64,000 nt of DNA from Eledone cirrhosa (Eukaryota), in contig OZ024745.1 in the NCBI GenBank assembly GCA_964016885.1, positions 57,536,001 through 57,600,000 on the forward strand, given 5' to 3'. The notes under the pieces are model-generated. The model did no database searches. It was not told the DNA's origin and saw nothing but the letters and a program-made list of their open reading frames with translations. How positions within the stretch are numbered: position 1 is the first letter of the stretch; each line of letters opens with the position of its first letter. The position numbers and the translations under genes were made by a program. Shown here piece after piece: positions 22,401 to 35,657 of the stretch.

Positions 22401-25400
22401 AATTCTATGATTTACACCTAAAACATACTTATGAATAGAATGTTTCCTTCTCAGTAGAAGGATTCGTTTTTTTCTAGAGTTTCTCGATATCTTTTCACTT
22501 AGATTCCCATGATGAACCCTCTCATAGCCCGGAAGAACACGATACATTTAAGACGTTGTTCACGTCTAAGTTTCCATACATGGAGGAAACACGAAACAGT
22601 GCCATCCCTTTTATCCTGGGTTAATATTCTCATAATAATTTTCTATTGAATTATGCATCATCATATTGATGTCTGTATAACATACCACTGATAAAAAATT
22701 GCATTTTCTAAATCAAAGGCATTCATATTTATGTCAAAATAAATGTAAAAATCAATTTGAATAAATAATGTTTATATAGCTGAAATGTCCAGTTGTTTCA
22801 ACATTTTAAATGTAAAGTTGTAACCGTATTTTAATGGCACGGTGAGATACACTTCAAAATGTAAATATCTAACCTAGTTCTTATATTAATCTTTTTAAGT
22901 GTAATATATCTATCGTCAGCATCCAATTCAAGGACGATGACGTAATTACGTAATTAATTGTTCCTCGTGCAGTTTTTTAGATCACCTTTGTTTACTTATT
23001 TAACGATAATATGACTGGATGCATATTTAAGCAAACGTGAATCCTAATGAGTGACATTTTGAGTTTGTTTAATGCTGATAATACATACAGTATTGTATAT
23101 AGTTGAGGAGGCTATGCAATTTCAATCAACGTACGAAAATATTATGTAATGCATCCCTTAATATTTGCTTGTTATACACATGCCTGTTATACATTTGCTT
23201 GTTATTTCACTTACATTGCTGATGCCATTGCGAAGTGAATATTGTTTAGAAGTATTATAAGAATTATAACAGGGCTACACACATTAAAAGCATCTCTTTC
23301 ACAAATGATACTATAACACGTCAGATCCATATAAAACTTAACATTTGTTAATCCTCATTGATTGAATTCATATTATTTATTCTGTTTACGCAAGAGGTAC
23401 AAGTGGCAATCCAAACAATGAGGTAGCAGTATCCACTTCAGTAATATAACGCATTTATAATCTCCTAAGCTACATAAAACCCTTCCCTTGTCAGTCTCCT
23501 CGAAATTAGAGGCGTTTATGAAATATAATTGTTCGTGGGAAATATAATATTATCCGTATTGCATAAATGATGAATAGGTTTACGACTTGAAAATGCAAAT
23601 TACGTATACAGAAAAATAGTTTTTATTCATATTTTCATTTATTTTGAAAAGCGAGAAATATTTCCTACATTGACGTGACGGTATTCCGCAATGAATTACA
23701 TTGAAGCACAGAACACATATTAATATATTTACTAAACATAACTGAGTATAATGTTAATGATTTTAGAATAGAAGCATTCTTTCTTAATGCATTAGGATAA
23801 TATAACACAGAACGCAGGCATGGATTTAAGTTCCATTTTCATGTGTATAATTCCCTATAATAACTTCTTTATATCTCTGATTTGCAAACGGAGATTAACG
23901 TCATAGTTTGTTTAAGAAACTTCATTTATTCATAAAGCTTTCTTTATTGCCAAAGTTCTGATAAATATAAATCAATGTAATACTCAAAATGCGCATTAAT
24001 ATATTTGAATATGTTTCCCCTAATCTCTTTAGAAATAGAAATGCATTTCTATCAATTGCAACACATTAAAGAAACAATTCAAAGCGAAATGACATCGACA
24101 TTTCATAGCTATATGATAAACATTATTAGAAATATTTTATTGATAAACACGTTTGACGTCTCATTAAACTACTAACGACATTAATCTTGTTTTTCTTTCT
24201 TAAATTTATATCGATTAAAATTATAGGAAAAATTGAATTAAGTTTTACGTGAATATAAGAAAATGTTCATGTGTTTCCAATCATATATTTGTGAATAATA
24301 GTTTGTTGTTTTTTTTATGCATTTTCTCGGTATTAAAACAAAGGTGCAAAACTGATAAAAAGAAATATTACAGTAACTTTCTCTTTGTGGACAACGCTGT
24401 CACGTTTGTAAAATGGATCTGTGATTCTTGAATAACATAATGAAGATCACACATTCCCAATTCAATAACAGATAAAAGTGAATCGGAATGTCATTTGCTG
24501 TCATACTTCAAAATATAACGAAAATATATAATTTTGAAAATTAGTCAACTTTGGATATGTTCGGTAACCAATGCCATTGTGCTTTATATATATTACAATA
24601 TATTTCCTATATCATATTAATCACTCCTTTTCTCCATTTCCCTATATCTTCACTACTATGGGGTTTCCCAGTTCTTTGAATACATGAATTTATCAAAATA
24701 CGCATAATTCATGTTAAAAGAGATATGTTTCAGAGGAAATTGGCATGAATAATATAGGACATTACCCGATCCATTTACAAAATGAATCCGCCGGCAGTAT
24801 CGATGCTTGCTACAATACGAAGTTTGAAACATTGTCGTGCTCAAATCCAATTAACTTTGTCTATTTTAGACATTATGATAGTTACGGCAGTCTTTAGAGA
24901 TTGACTTTAATCTCAACCACACCCCATTGTATTCCGGTATGGAGAGGGATGAGATCTTGAGGTTGGCTTTACCTGATCGTGAAGATTGTAACTTATTCCT
25001 ATAAGATAGATCTTGGCATATAATGCAGCACAGAATTTAGTTGGTAGCAATCTATCCACGTCCTTATAATTGTCTCCAACACCTCGTTAGAGTGCACAGC
25101 AATGATCCTTAAATTCTGAGTAAAATGTGAATGCATGACATCTCACAATTGCCAGAACCCTTTTTGTGTACGACCATTGGAAAATATTTAGGGTCTCTGA
25201 ATATCTATCTGACACTCCTTTAGTCGAGGATTTTGTGGTGATCTTAGTTTTTCCCATCAGAGAAAAGCCAAAGCATGTCAGGCTCTTCATATTTCAATTT
25301 GTTCAACAAGTGGTTTGCATGGAACAAATGATTACTTCTTGTCCCTGCACACATGAATTGAATCGTCTATCATATATTACTTACATCGAAGGTTCTTCTG

Positions 25401-25748
25401 CAGGGTATTTCGATTATTATGCCTTGAATGTTTGAGGTTCCGACTTTAAGAGGGAAATCAGTAGTACTGTCAATGTGGATACCCCAGGTCTGTCATATTC
25501 TCTGAAGCTTATACAATATGCTTTTGTATGATGAACGTACATAGTCTCCTTGTGAGTATTTTAATCTGCCATTATATCACAGCTACAGATATAGCCATGT
25601 GAGAACGTCATCTACTTGTAGTTTAATATTATTAATCAACCATCACTAACTCTTAGTGCTGCTAACTAAATATATTCATACACTAGCATAAAGCACTTTA
25701 TCGTGAACAGCGCTATGTAATATATATAAATAAATATATTTATATATA

Positions 25749-25819
<71 letters not shown>

Positions 25820-25889
25820 AAAAAGAGATGAAATCGAAAATGCAACTGGAGTCTTATTTCTTTTTTTAAATATATATATTTATTTGGTT

Positions 25890-25927
25890 CCTTTACCGGT
25901 TTCGCAGTTCTTCTGCTTTTCAAAAGG
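25890..25927 (-). ncRNA. Minimal type I HHR, U3-A8 variant
   Basis: cctt-TTGAAAA-gcag aagaa ctgc-GAAA-ccgg-TA-aagg. Confidence 0.85.
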
Positions 25928-26139
25928 TGAGTTGAGATGGAGGGTCTGTGGTTTTTCTCACATCTGGTTGGTCTCTGAATGTTTTATATGGAAAAAGTGG
26001 CTCAAAAGCCAGGTTTTCGAGAAGTAATTTGATTGGTTTGTCAATAATTATAATAAATTTCGCGCCAGTTCGCGTTACAATAGTTCTTCAAATAAGAGGG
26101 GGGGGGTTGTCACAGGTTGTTTTTTCATATATGAGTGTT

Positions 26140-26430
26140 TGAATTTCTTTTTACTTGAAAAAAGGGGCTCACGAAGGCTTTTTTTTAGTTGGTTATAAAT
26201 GAAATTATGGCTGTCACGTGAACAAGTTTTCATTAAATTTTCGTGCCCTTATTTGGAAATCCAATCTGTAGCCTTTTTCGAGATTTTTATGATAAGTAAA
26301 AGATAATGATCAAGAGAAAGGGATGGGAGAATTGTTCTGGTTCAGTGAATATGGTTAGTTCGCTGGGGTGTCAGAATTCAGATTTTCTATTGAATAAAGA
26401 CAGTAAAGATATGTATGTTTATTTGTGTGC

Positions 26431-26523
<93 letters not shown>

Positions 26524-26860
26524 TGTGTGTGTGTGTGTGTGTTGTGTGTGTGTGTGTGTGAATTTCTTTACTTAAAAAAAAGGTGGTTCACGAAGGCTTT
26601 TTTTTAATAAACATGATTTGATTGGTTATAAATGAAATTTGGCTGTCACGTGAACAAGTTTTCATTACATTTTTGCGCCCTTATTTGGAAATCTATTCTG
26701 TATCCTTTATAGAGAATGTTATGAAAAGGTAAAGATAGTGGTCAAGAGAAATGGGATTGGGAGAATTGTTCTGGTTCAGTGAATATGGTTAGTTCGCTGG
26801 GGTGTCAGAGTTCAGATTTTCTATTGAAGTAAAGATATGTATGTTTATTTGTGTGCTTGT

Positions 26861-26926
<66 letters not shown>

Positions 26927-27240
26927 CTGTGTGTGTGTATTGGAAGATGATTCTATTAGTAGAAATGGGGGAGGGAGTTGTGTGTGTGTGTATATGGGTG
27001 TTATGTGTGTGTGTGCGAGCATGTTAAGATGGAGAGAATATATATTTTGTGTGTGTGTATATATGTGTGTAGGAAAGTGGTTCTATTAGTAGAAATGGGG
27101 GAGGGAGTTGTGGGTGTGGGGGTTGTTATGTGTGTGTATGGGTGTTATGTGTGTGGGAGTATGGTTAGCATGTTAAGATGAAGAGAATGTATATATATAT
27201 ATATTGTGTGTGTGTTTGTGTGTGTGTGTGGGAAAATGAT
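26140..27240. repeat. Nested tandem subrepeats with embedded (GT)n in the PLE 3' region
   Basis: A ~420 bp unit (gaatttc...gtcacgtgaacaag...gttctggttcagtgaatatggttagttcgctggggtgtcaga...(GT)n) occurs twice, then ~135 bp units; mirrored at 28070-29025. Confidence 0.85.
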
Positions 27241-27568
27241 TCCTTTAGTAGGAATATTTTTGAATGAACATATTTTCCTTACTTATTCGTATTTGTTCTG
27301 TTGTATTGTCAGTGCAAACGTATGTTAAGGTTTATTTAGTTCGGGTTTTTATTTTCTAAAGTAGAAGGTGTTATGTGTGTGTATGTCATATTATGGTGTT
27401 GACATAATGTATATTAAACCATATTTAATGCTGGTCTATATTTTTGAATAAACATATTTTCCTATTTATTCGTATTTGTTCTGTTATATTGTTAGCGCAA
27501 AGGTAAAATGGGAAGACTTGGAATTTGGGTGTCTTATTACTTGCGCAAATGTCTAGATGTGCACTTAG

Positions 27569-27897
27569 GACAAAATTTTACTGTAAAAAATCACTTCACT
27601 TGCTCATCAAAAAATCTAATTGATGCCATTAAATGTAAAGGATGCAATGATAATTATATAGGACAAACTAAACTCACACTCAGAAACAGAATGACAGTTC
27701 ATCGCCAACAATTACGAGATCCAACCACGAGACAGATACCACTAAGTGCACATCTAGACATTTGCGCAAGTAATAAGACACCCAAATTCCAAGTCTTCCC
27801 ATTTTACCTTTGCGCTAACAATACATCAGAACAAATACGAATAAATAAGGAAAATATGTTTATTCAAAAATATAGACCAGCATTAAATATGGTTTAA
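27569..27897 (+). pseudogene. GIY-YIG endonuclease domain of a Neptune-like PLE (5'-truncated)
   Basis: FTCSSKNLIDAIKCKGCNDNYIGQTKLTLRNRMTVH...LSAH...RINKENMFIQKYRPALN*. The predicted ATG at 27508 lies in the inverted arm and is not a true start. Confidence 0.9.
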
Positions 27898-28356
27898 TAT
27901 ACATTATGTCAACACCATAATATGACATATACACACACACATAACACCTTCTACTTTAGAAAATAAAAACCCGAACTAAATAAACCTTAACATACGTTTG
28001 CACTGACAATACAACAGAACAAATACGAATAAGTAAGGAAAATATGTTCATTCAAAAATATTCCTACTAAAGGAATCATTTTCCTACACACACACAATAT
28101 ATATATATATTCCCTTCATCTTAACATGCTAACCATACTCCCACACACATAACACCCATACACACACATAACAACCCCCACACCCACAACTCCCTCCCCC
28201 ATTTCTACTAATAGAACCACTTTCCTACACACATATATACACACACACAAAATATATATTTCTCTCCATCTTAACATACTCGCACACACACACATAACAC
28301 CCATATACACACACACACAACTCCCTCCCCCATTTCTACTAATAGAATCATCTTCC

Positions 28357-28393
<37 letters not shown>

Positions 28394-29240
28394 GCACACA
28401 AATAAGCATACATATCTTTACTTCAACTGAAAATCTGAACTCTGACACCCCAGCGAACTAACCATATTCACTGAATCAGAACAATTCTCCCAATCCCATT
28501 TCTCTTGACCACTATCTTTCCCTTGTCATAATATTCTCTATAACGGCTATAGAATAGATTTCCAAATAAGGGCGCAAAAATGTAATGAAAACTTGTTCAC
28601 GTGACAGCCAAATTTCATTTATAACCAATCAAATCACGTTTATTAAAGAAAAGCCTTCGTGAGCCGCCTTTTCTTTAAGTAAAGAAATTCAAACACACAC
28701 ACAACACACACACACACGCACACACACACAAGCACACAAATAAACATAGATATCTTTACTGTCTTTATTCAATAGAAAATCTGAATTCTAACACCCCAGT
28801 GAACTAATCATATTCACTGAACCAGAACAATTCTCCCATCCCTTTCTCTTGACCATTATCTTTCACATATCATAAAATTCTCTAAAAAGGCTACAGAATG
28901 GATTTCCAAATAAGGGCACAAAAATTTAATGAAAACTTGTTCACGTGACAGCCATAATTTCATTTATAACCAACCAAAAAAAGCCTTCGTGAGCCCCTTT
29001 TTTCAAGTAAAAAGAAATTCAAACACTCATATATGAAAAAACAACCTGTGACAACCCCCCCTCTTATTTGAAGAACTATTGTAACGCAAACTGGCGCGAA
29101 ATTTATTATAATTATTGACAAACCAATAAAATTACTTCTCGAAAAACCTGGCATTTCGAGCCACTTTTTCCATATGGAACAAGTAACATTCAGAGACCAA
29201 CCAGATGTGAGAAAAACCGCAGACCCTCCATCTCAACTCA

Positions 29241-29278
29241 CCTTTTGAAAAGCAGAAGAACTGCGAAACCGGTAAAGG
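29241..29278 (+). ncRNA. Minimal type I HHR, U3-A8 variant
   Basis: cctt(29241)-TTGAAAA-gcag aagaa ctgc-GAAA-ccgg-TA-aagg; palindromic stem III ACCGGT. Confidence 0.88.
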
Positions 29279-29417
29279 AACCAAATAAATATATATATAT
29301 TTTTTAAAAATAAGACTCCAGTTGCATTTTCGATTTCATCTCTTTTTCTTTATACTTTCACTCGTGTAGGACACCTCGGTTATTTTTCAATTTGTAAAAA
29401 AAAACCTCACTTTCTAC

Positions 29418-29460
<43 letters not shown>

Positions 29461-30257
29461 CTGTCTGTCTGTCTTTGTCTGTGGGTCAGCGTGTGTGTGA
29501 TCATGTATGGATTTTAAATATATTTCATTCACCAAACCTATTTGATTTTGTAGAATAAATTACAGAATACAATTTATAATGCTCATTGAACTAAGATATA
29601 TACTGTATTACATGTTATAGAGAGATGCAAAATCACTATGAATACCAACATTTCTGCAACTGTCCTTCCCTTCCATTAGTCACTTACATATCTTTTAAAG
29701 TATTAAATGTATATTCAAATTTCCATTATTTAATGCGTATTGGAAGTGCTTTTATCCAGTATTATATGATTAAAGAAACAAATGGGAATGTATTAGTCAT
29801 CAACACGCAGTGACATTTTACATTCCTTTTAGTTTTGCTCGTATATATATATATATATTATCGTATATATTAACCACCATCTACATCAATTGTGAATAAA
29901 ATATCTAACTGGAATCCTATTTTTGGTAAATGGATATATATTTTAGCAGAGAGGTTAAAATATCACTAATACCTGAATATATATTATACTGTAACTCTTG
30001 ATATCAAATAACAAAACTGAAAACAAAAAGTAGGATATAAATACCACGGAGCAGAATTTCGTGATATCACGCTGAAGTACAACTAAACCATATTCGTTGC
30101 TAAATAAATATAATAAATATAGTAAGTGATAATGAATTAAGTTTGGTTAAGGATCGTAAGATTTGATTAAAGTGAAACAAAAAATAAACGAAAAATATAC
30201 TTATTTCCTTTACTGTACATCACTGATAATTAAGTAATATTGAAATATATAGCAAAA

Positions 30258-30360
30258 TAAAGAACTATTAATGACAAAATAAAGAACTAATAATGACAAA
30301 ATAAATTTCTGTTAATGACAAAATAAAGACTCAATAAAGAACTATTAATGACAAAATAAC
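30258..30360. repeat. ~22 bp minisatellite (aagaactattaatgacaaaata)
   Basis: About four degenerate tandem copies. Confidence 0.7.
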
Positions 30361-30741
30361 ATTAATATACTCATACAAATTTGACGATTTGTAAAATAAT
30401 GTGGTGGTTGCTAATGTGATGGTGAAAACAAACCAAATGACTAAATATTATATGAGTAAAATATGTAATATAAATAGAGATCGAACACTCATTCAAAGAC
30501 TTCTGTTGATTCTTAAAAGGCAGAGTGAGCGGAAATATTAGATGAATTAGATTGATATTTATGTATTTTAGTGTGAAATGAAATGGAAATTCGTGCATGT
30601 GTATGTTAAATGATTAATTAAAATAATATGATGACGTACGATGTTATATTGACTCGGAAGAATTATAACATTTAAGTATTAGACACACACACACACATAG
30701 AACGCACACACACATACACGCACACACACGCACACACACAC

Positions 30742-30800
<59 letters not shown>

Positions 30801-31924
30801 CTATATATATATACATATACATATATACTATACATTACATACAGATTTATTTCGTCTCACGGAACAAGGTTTCGTTCTACCTTGTTTGAAAATATGTTTT
30901 TTATGCAAGACCATCACATTATTTCAGTCAGAAGCGATTTTAAATTCAATTGGAATGATGTACTCTGGGAAACTCAACTAAATACTTTGATCGATTGAGA
31001 TATTCACTGCGACCTTTCTTGCATTCTGTTTTCTATTTCCTCTGCTTGTAATATATCAATTATTCGACCCACCTAAGAGGAGGTCTGTTGTAGTCATTGT
31101 TTGGTTTAGAAATGTATTTGATATCATTGTAGGTAATGCAAATTTCGCCATTGTTTACTGGAGAGGTTTCAAAATATAACCCTTCAATCACTGAAGAAAA
31201 TAGTAATTTGATTCGTTTAAGTTGGTTAAAAAGAGATGATATTGTATTCATGTCGTTATGATGGGATGGGAAATGAAATATTTGCATTGTTGGATTCAAT
31301 ACCACATTTCTTGGCGTTTATTGTTCTTTGATTGAAATTCTTCTCACAAAATTCATACAATTCAAATATTATTATATTTAATTATTATATTTAATTATTA
31401 TATTTAATTATTATTATATTTAAATGTAGGTGAAATGAAAATAAATCATTTTGCTGATAGAGATTGCCTTGAATATTTAGGCACCTCAACTTGTATTCCA
31501 AATTGCATCACTCATGTTGGTCAAAATATATTTTGGGAAAAAGCATACTTACTTAATTCCATGTTATATACTGAAAAGGATACAATTCACTTTATCTCGC
31601 AATGTAAAAAATAGTCGCTTCAACTTCATAAGAATTAATCGCATCATATATTTATTATATATTCCATACATCTATATTTCCCTAAGTTATAAAATTCATT
31701 TGTATTATTTTTCTTTATTTTAAAACGGGATTTACAGGTGTCCTATAAAAAGTAATTTTAATTAATGTAAAATGACTAGCATCCGAGACGTTAAGACTCA
31801 TGTCCTACTATATCGAGTGTAACACTAATAATATACTTTTCCGTTGTACTGTGTCGTTCGCTGTGTTATTTTTGTTTGCATTTAGCATACATACATGTGT
31901 ATATATATGATATATCATTATCAT

Positions 31925-32108
31925 GAATTGGCAGTATCGGTAGAGGGTTGGATGCCATGCATTCTAGCATAGTTACGTCCCTTTACGTTCTGAGTTCAAA
32001 TCCCGCCGAGGTTAACTTTGCCTTTCATCCTTACGGGGGTCGATAAAATAAAGTACCAGTAATATACTGGGTAATTGCTGGCCTTGTGCCAAAAGTAGAA
32101 ACAATTAT
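31925..32108 (+). mobile_element. tRNA-derived SINE family A
   Basis: A-box TGGCAGTATCGG, B-box GAGTTCAAATC, conserved body gcctttcatccttacggggtcgataaaataaagtaccag. Confidence 0.9.
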
Positions 32109-32147
32109 CAAATATGTAACGTTGTTGGATGATATTAAATATTACTT

Positions 32148-32326
32148 TTGGCAGTATCAGTAGAGGGTCGGATGCCATGCTTTGCAGCATAGTTACGTCC
32201 CTTTACGATTTGAGTTCAAATCCCGCCGAGGTTGACTTTGCCTTTCATCCTTACGGGGTGGATAAAATAAGGTACCAGTAATGCACTGAGTAATTGCTGG
32301 CCTTGTGCCTAAAGTAGAGACAATTA
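32148..32326 (+). mobile_element. tRNA-derived SINE family A
   Basis: Second copy about 40 bp downstream of the previous one. Confidence 0.9.
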
Positions 32327-32749
32327 AATATTACTTTACATTCAAAATCCAATTCAAAATATCATTTCTGCCACAACAACACTGCTGATAATGATAGTAT
32401 TGTGAACATTTTAATACATATTTACTTGTTCTCCACTATAGGAGATTGAATGGTAAGGTACCGCCATTCTCCTGCTTTCTTCTTTTTCTGTAAACCCATT
32501 GATTATTAAACATTTCTCCTGCTGCAAGTTATCTCGAAAATCATTAATGTTAATAGCTAAAATATTTTATGATTGAGTGCGTTGGAAGTAATGCCCGCTG
32601 CAAGACTCCGAAGGTAGTACACAGTAAACTATATAGATATCTGTATGTGTGTGTATGCGTGTCAGATATGTGTGAGTATACGTATAAGCACACACACATA
32701 CACACACGCGCAAACACAGTGTCTGGATTATATATATATACACACACAC

Positions 32750-32822
<73 letters not shown>

Positions 32823-33544
32823 CCAGACACTTTAATATGCAGCATTAATATAGCTAGCATTAATGTGTGAATTTGACACATAATTATATTCCTAGGGACA
32901 CATAATATATTCGTTTCCATTTTCTATGTTGTTATAGGTCACTTTATAATTTATAGTTGCGGCAAGGTGTGGAATTAAGAGTCACATTCGTTCTCAAGTT
33001 AAGAAAATAATAACAGGAAATAATGAAAGTACAATTACATAGTTGTTAATTGCCCGATGCATTTTTGAAATATGTGACAACTTCTACTTTGAACAAATTA
33101 TTAAATATAACGTAAAAGAGAAACTATTATATTATGTTTTAGCTTTGAATAGGGAATGAACTACTGTTGCTCTTGACGAATTGGATTACGTGTGGTCGAT
33201 AAGTAGAATGGCTTACAGTTGCAGTAAATTCCATGATAGGCTTTTGATTAAAATATTTCATTTATTCTCTTCGCTCGCTCTTCAAGCCAATGCATTAACA
33301 TCTTGAATATTCCAATGAAATTTATCAGTGAACATTTTGTAAAAGTAAATATGAAATGTATTTTTTCCTTCTTTAATAACGAACATTAAAAGCACAATTG
33401 TTAAAATCTTCTTCAACACTATCATCAATCATTCTCATAATCTTCCAAAATTATGAGCAACTTCTTCGTTATAAGATACGTACAAAAACAATACTATAGT
33501 AGTCAACTTCGGAACTTCTTTATTTTGCTTTTCATACACATCGG

Positions 33545-33750
33545 CATCATGATCTTATCGGCTGCGACGTATAAGACATCATCATGGTCATCATGATGTT
33601 TATTATCATTATCATCCTCTTCACCAACATAGTCGACATCATCATCATTATCATAATCATCATCGTCGACATCATCATCATCATTATCCTCATCATCAGC
33701 GTTATTATCATTATATTTATCGCCAAGTAGCTTATCATCATCAATCATAA
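33545..33750. repeat. Degenerate (CAT)n tract
   Basis: catcatcat runs; source of the poly-Asp and poly-Met ORFs. Confidence 0.8.
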
Positions 33751-33865
33751 AAAAAGATATTGCTCTATTGGAAGTTCTTCGCATTAACAGACAAATAATA
33801 TCTGATCATCTAATTATTGATACTGTTTTGTGCTGTTACAAAATATAAGCTATGATCTCAACAAT

Positions 33866-34135
33866 TTCTATAGGACTAGAACTGTTTCATTCTTTAGAAA
33901 TCATCAGGAATCTGGCTTTCCAGAATAAATGTTGTGGTATTTATAACTTTTCAGGTGGTAGGAGAGGTGGGGAGTGGGATGGGTGGAGGTCATTGGTTGA
34001 AAGAAAAGGGAATTCATTAAAAGCTAATTCTTTAAGGCTATAATTTATATTTAGAGTGACAAAGGCAGAAAGAATTCTATAAACAAGTTCAGATTCGGGT
34101 ACCAATCCTTATTTTCAAGTTTCTCTTAAGCTAAC
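33866..34135 (-). repeat. ~270 bp HHR-bearing element; left member of an inverted pair with 35658-35930
   Basis: Reverse complement matches 35658-35930 with scattered substitutions. Confidence 0.85.
33874..33912 (-). ncRNA. Minimal HHR-like motif
   Basis: gattc-CTGATGA-t ttc taaa gaa t-GAAA-cagt-TC-tagtc; stem I imperfect. The partner copy (35882-35920) has CTGATAA and AAAA and looks inactivated. Confidence 0.55.
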
Positions 34136-34453
34136 AATGCCTATATTTCAGGTGTCTATAAAAGCTTCACGGTACAGGCATTGCTTTATATCTGGAGATC
34201 TCCCTGCACTTGTCGTCGCATGGAACCATGGGCCCAGCAATATATGTCAATAATTGTCACAAGTTTACTGTTTGTACCAGAGTTTTCAAGTCGCTGACTG
34301 GACTAAAAAGTCACACTCGTTCAGCACATTGGTAGGGGTTCTCCTACATGGATATAAAGTAGTGGCCGTACTCGGAAACGAGTTGGCAGCCGCCATGTGT
34401 ATATATATACGGTATTTTCCGTAGTATTGTAATATAAATATTACACACAGTAG

Positions 34454-34456
34454 ATG

Positions 34457-34505
<49 letters not shown>

Positions 34506-34506
34506 G

Positions 34507-34601
<95 letters not shown>

Positions 34602-34620
34602 GTATATATGTATATATATG

Positions 34621-34669
<49 letters not shown>

Positions 34670-34698
34670 GTATATATGTATATATATATGTACGTGTG

Positions 34699-34736
<38 letters not shown>

Positions 34737-34834
34737 GATATATATATATTATATATATGTATGTGTGTATATATGTATATATATATATATATATACATAG
34801 ATATATATATATATTATATATATGTATGTGTGTA

Positions 34835-34903
<69 letters not shown>

Positions 34904-34995
34904 CTGTATGTGTATTTATGTATATTATATATTTGTATATATGTGTATTTCTGTAGATGTGTTTGTATATGTTTGTATATGTGTATATTTATATG

Positions 34996-35078
<83 letters not shown>
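34454..35078. repeat. Long (TA)n/(TATG) microsatellite
   Basis: About 620 bp of TA-based repeat. Confidence 0.95.
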
Positions 35079-35079
<1 letters not shown>

Positions 35080-35632
35080 AGTACGTACACGTACATACAT
35101 ATATGTATACAGACGTACAGTAGTGTGTATATATATATACATACATGCACACATATATATATGTACGTATGGATTCACCGAACATTTATTATAATGCTCG
35201 GTATGTTTGTAAACAAATATCCCGTATTAAACCGTAGTGTCTAGCAACCATCGTTGCTCGTTTGTTCAATACTGACAAAGGAACGCTGTACTAGTTTCAA
35301 GCTTATTAGCTATCGTCAGCAAAGTATACCTTCCTGCAGATTGTTGAACGTATATACTTACCTTATGCATGTTAACGGCTGAGTAGCTCAATTTGCATAT
35401 CGAGTGGGTTAATCGGCCGGGTGCAGCGAAAACGATAAACGGAAAAAATGAAACTAAATTTCATTTCCCACTCTTAGTACGGCTGTTACTTAAATATAAG
35501 TATGTACACGTACATACATATATGTATACAGACCTACAGTAGTATGTATATATACATGCACACCTATATATATATGTACGTATGGATTCACCCAACATTT
35601 ATTATAATGCTCGGTGTGTTTGTAAACAAACA
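35079..35632 (-). mobile_element. Retrozyme-like element: ~419 bp monomer plus a partial second copy, with HHR
   Basis: Direct repeat 35079-35218 / 35498-35630 (period 419). HHR at 35284-35324; no recognisable coding content; abuts (TA)n. Confidence 0.65.
35284..35324 (-). ncRNA. Minimal type I HHR
   Basis: ctttg-CTGACGA-t agct aata agct t-GAAA-ctag-TA-cagcg; palindromic stem III ACTAGT. Confidence 0.8.
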
Positions 35633-35657
35633 ACCTGTGCCAAAAATAGAAACAATT

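Larger units (their letters stand above)
25817..29418 (+). mobile_element. Neptune-like PLE 3' fragment with a large 5' inversion, in (TA)n
   Basis: Left arm 25817-27568 is the reverse complement of 27742-29351; the spacer encodes the GIY-YIG N-part. An HHR lies near each outer end; TA arrays at both ends. Confidence 0.9.

Noticed and set aside
24950-25600. Possible very old LINE remnant on the minus strand
   Set aside because: Only vague peptide resemblance; no motif I can name with confidence.
30258-30360. CRISPR-like repeat array
   Set aside because: Directly tandem degenerate repeats without unique spacers, no cas genes, and a eukaryotic context.
34286-35244. Long YI/IY-repeat ORFs (also 61174-61791, 55089-55584, 56948-57426 and CV-repeat ORFs)
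   Set aside because: They are translations of (TA)n or (GT)n microsatellites.
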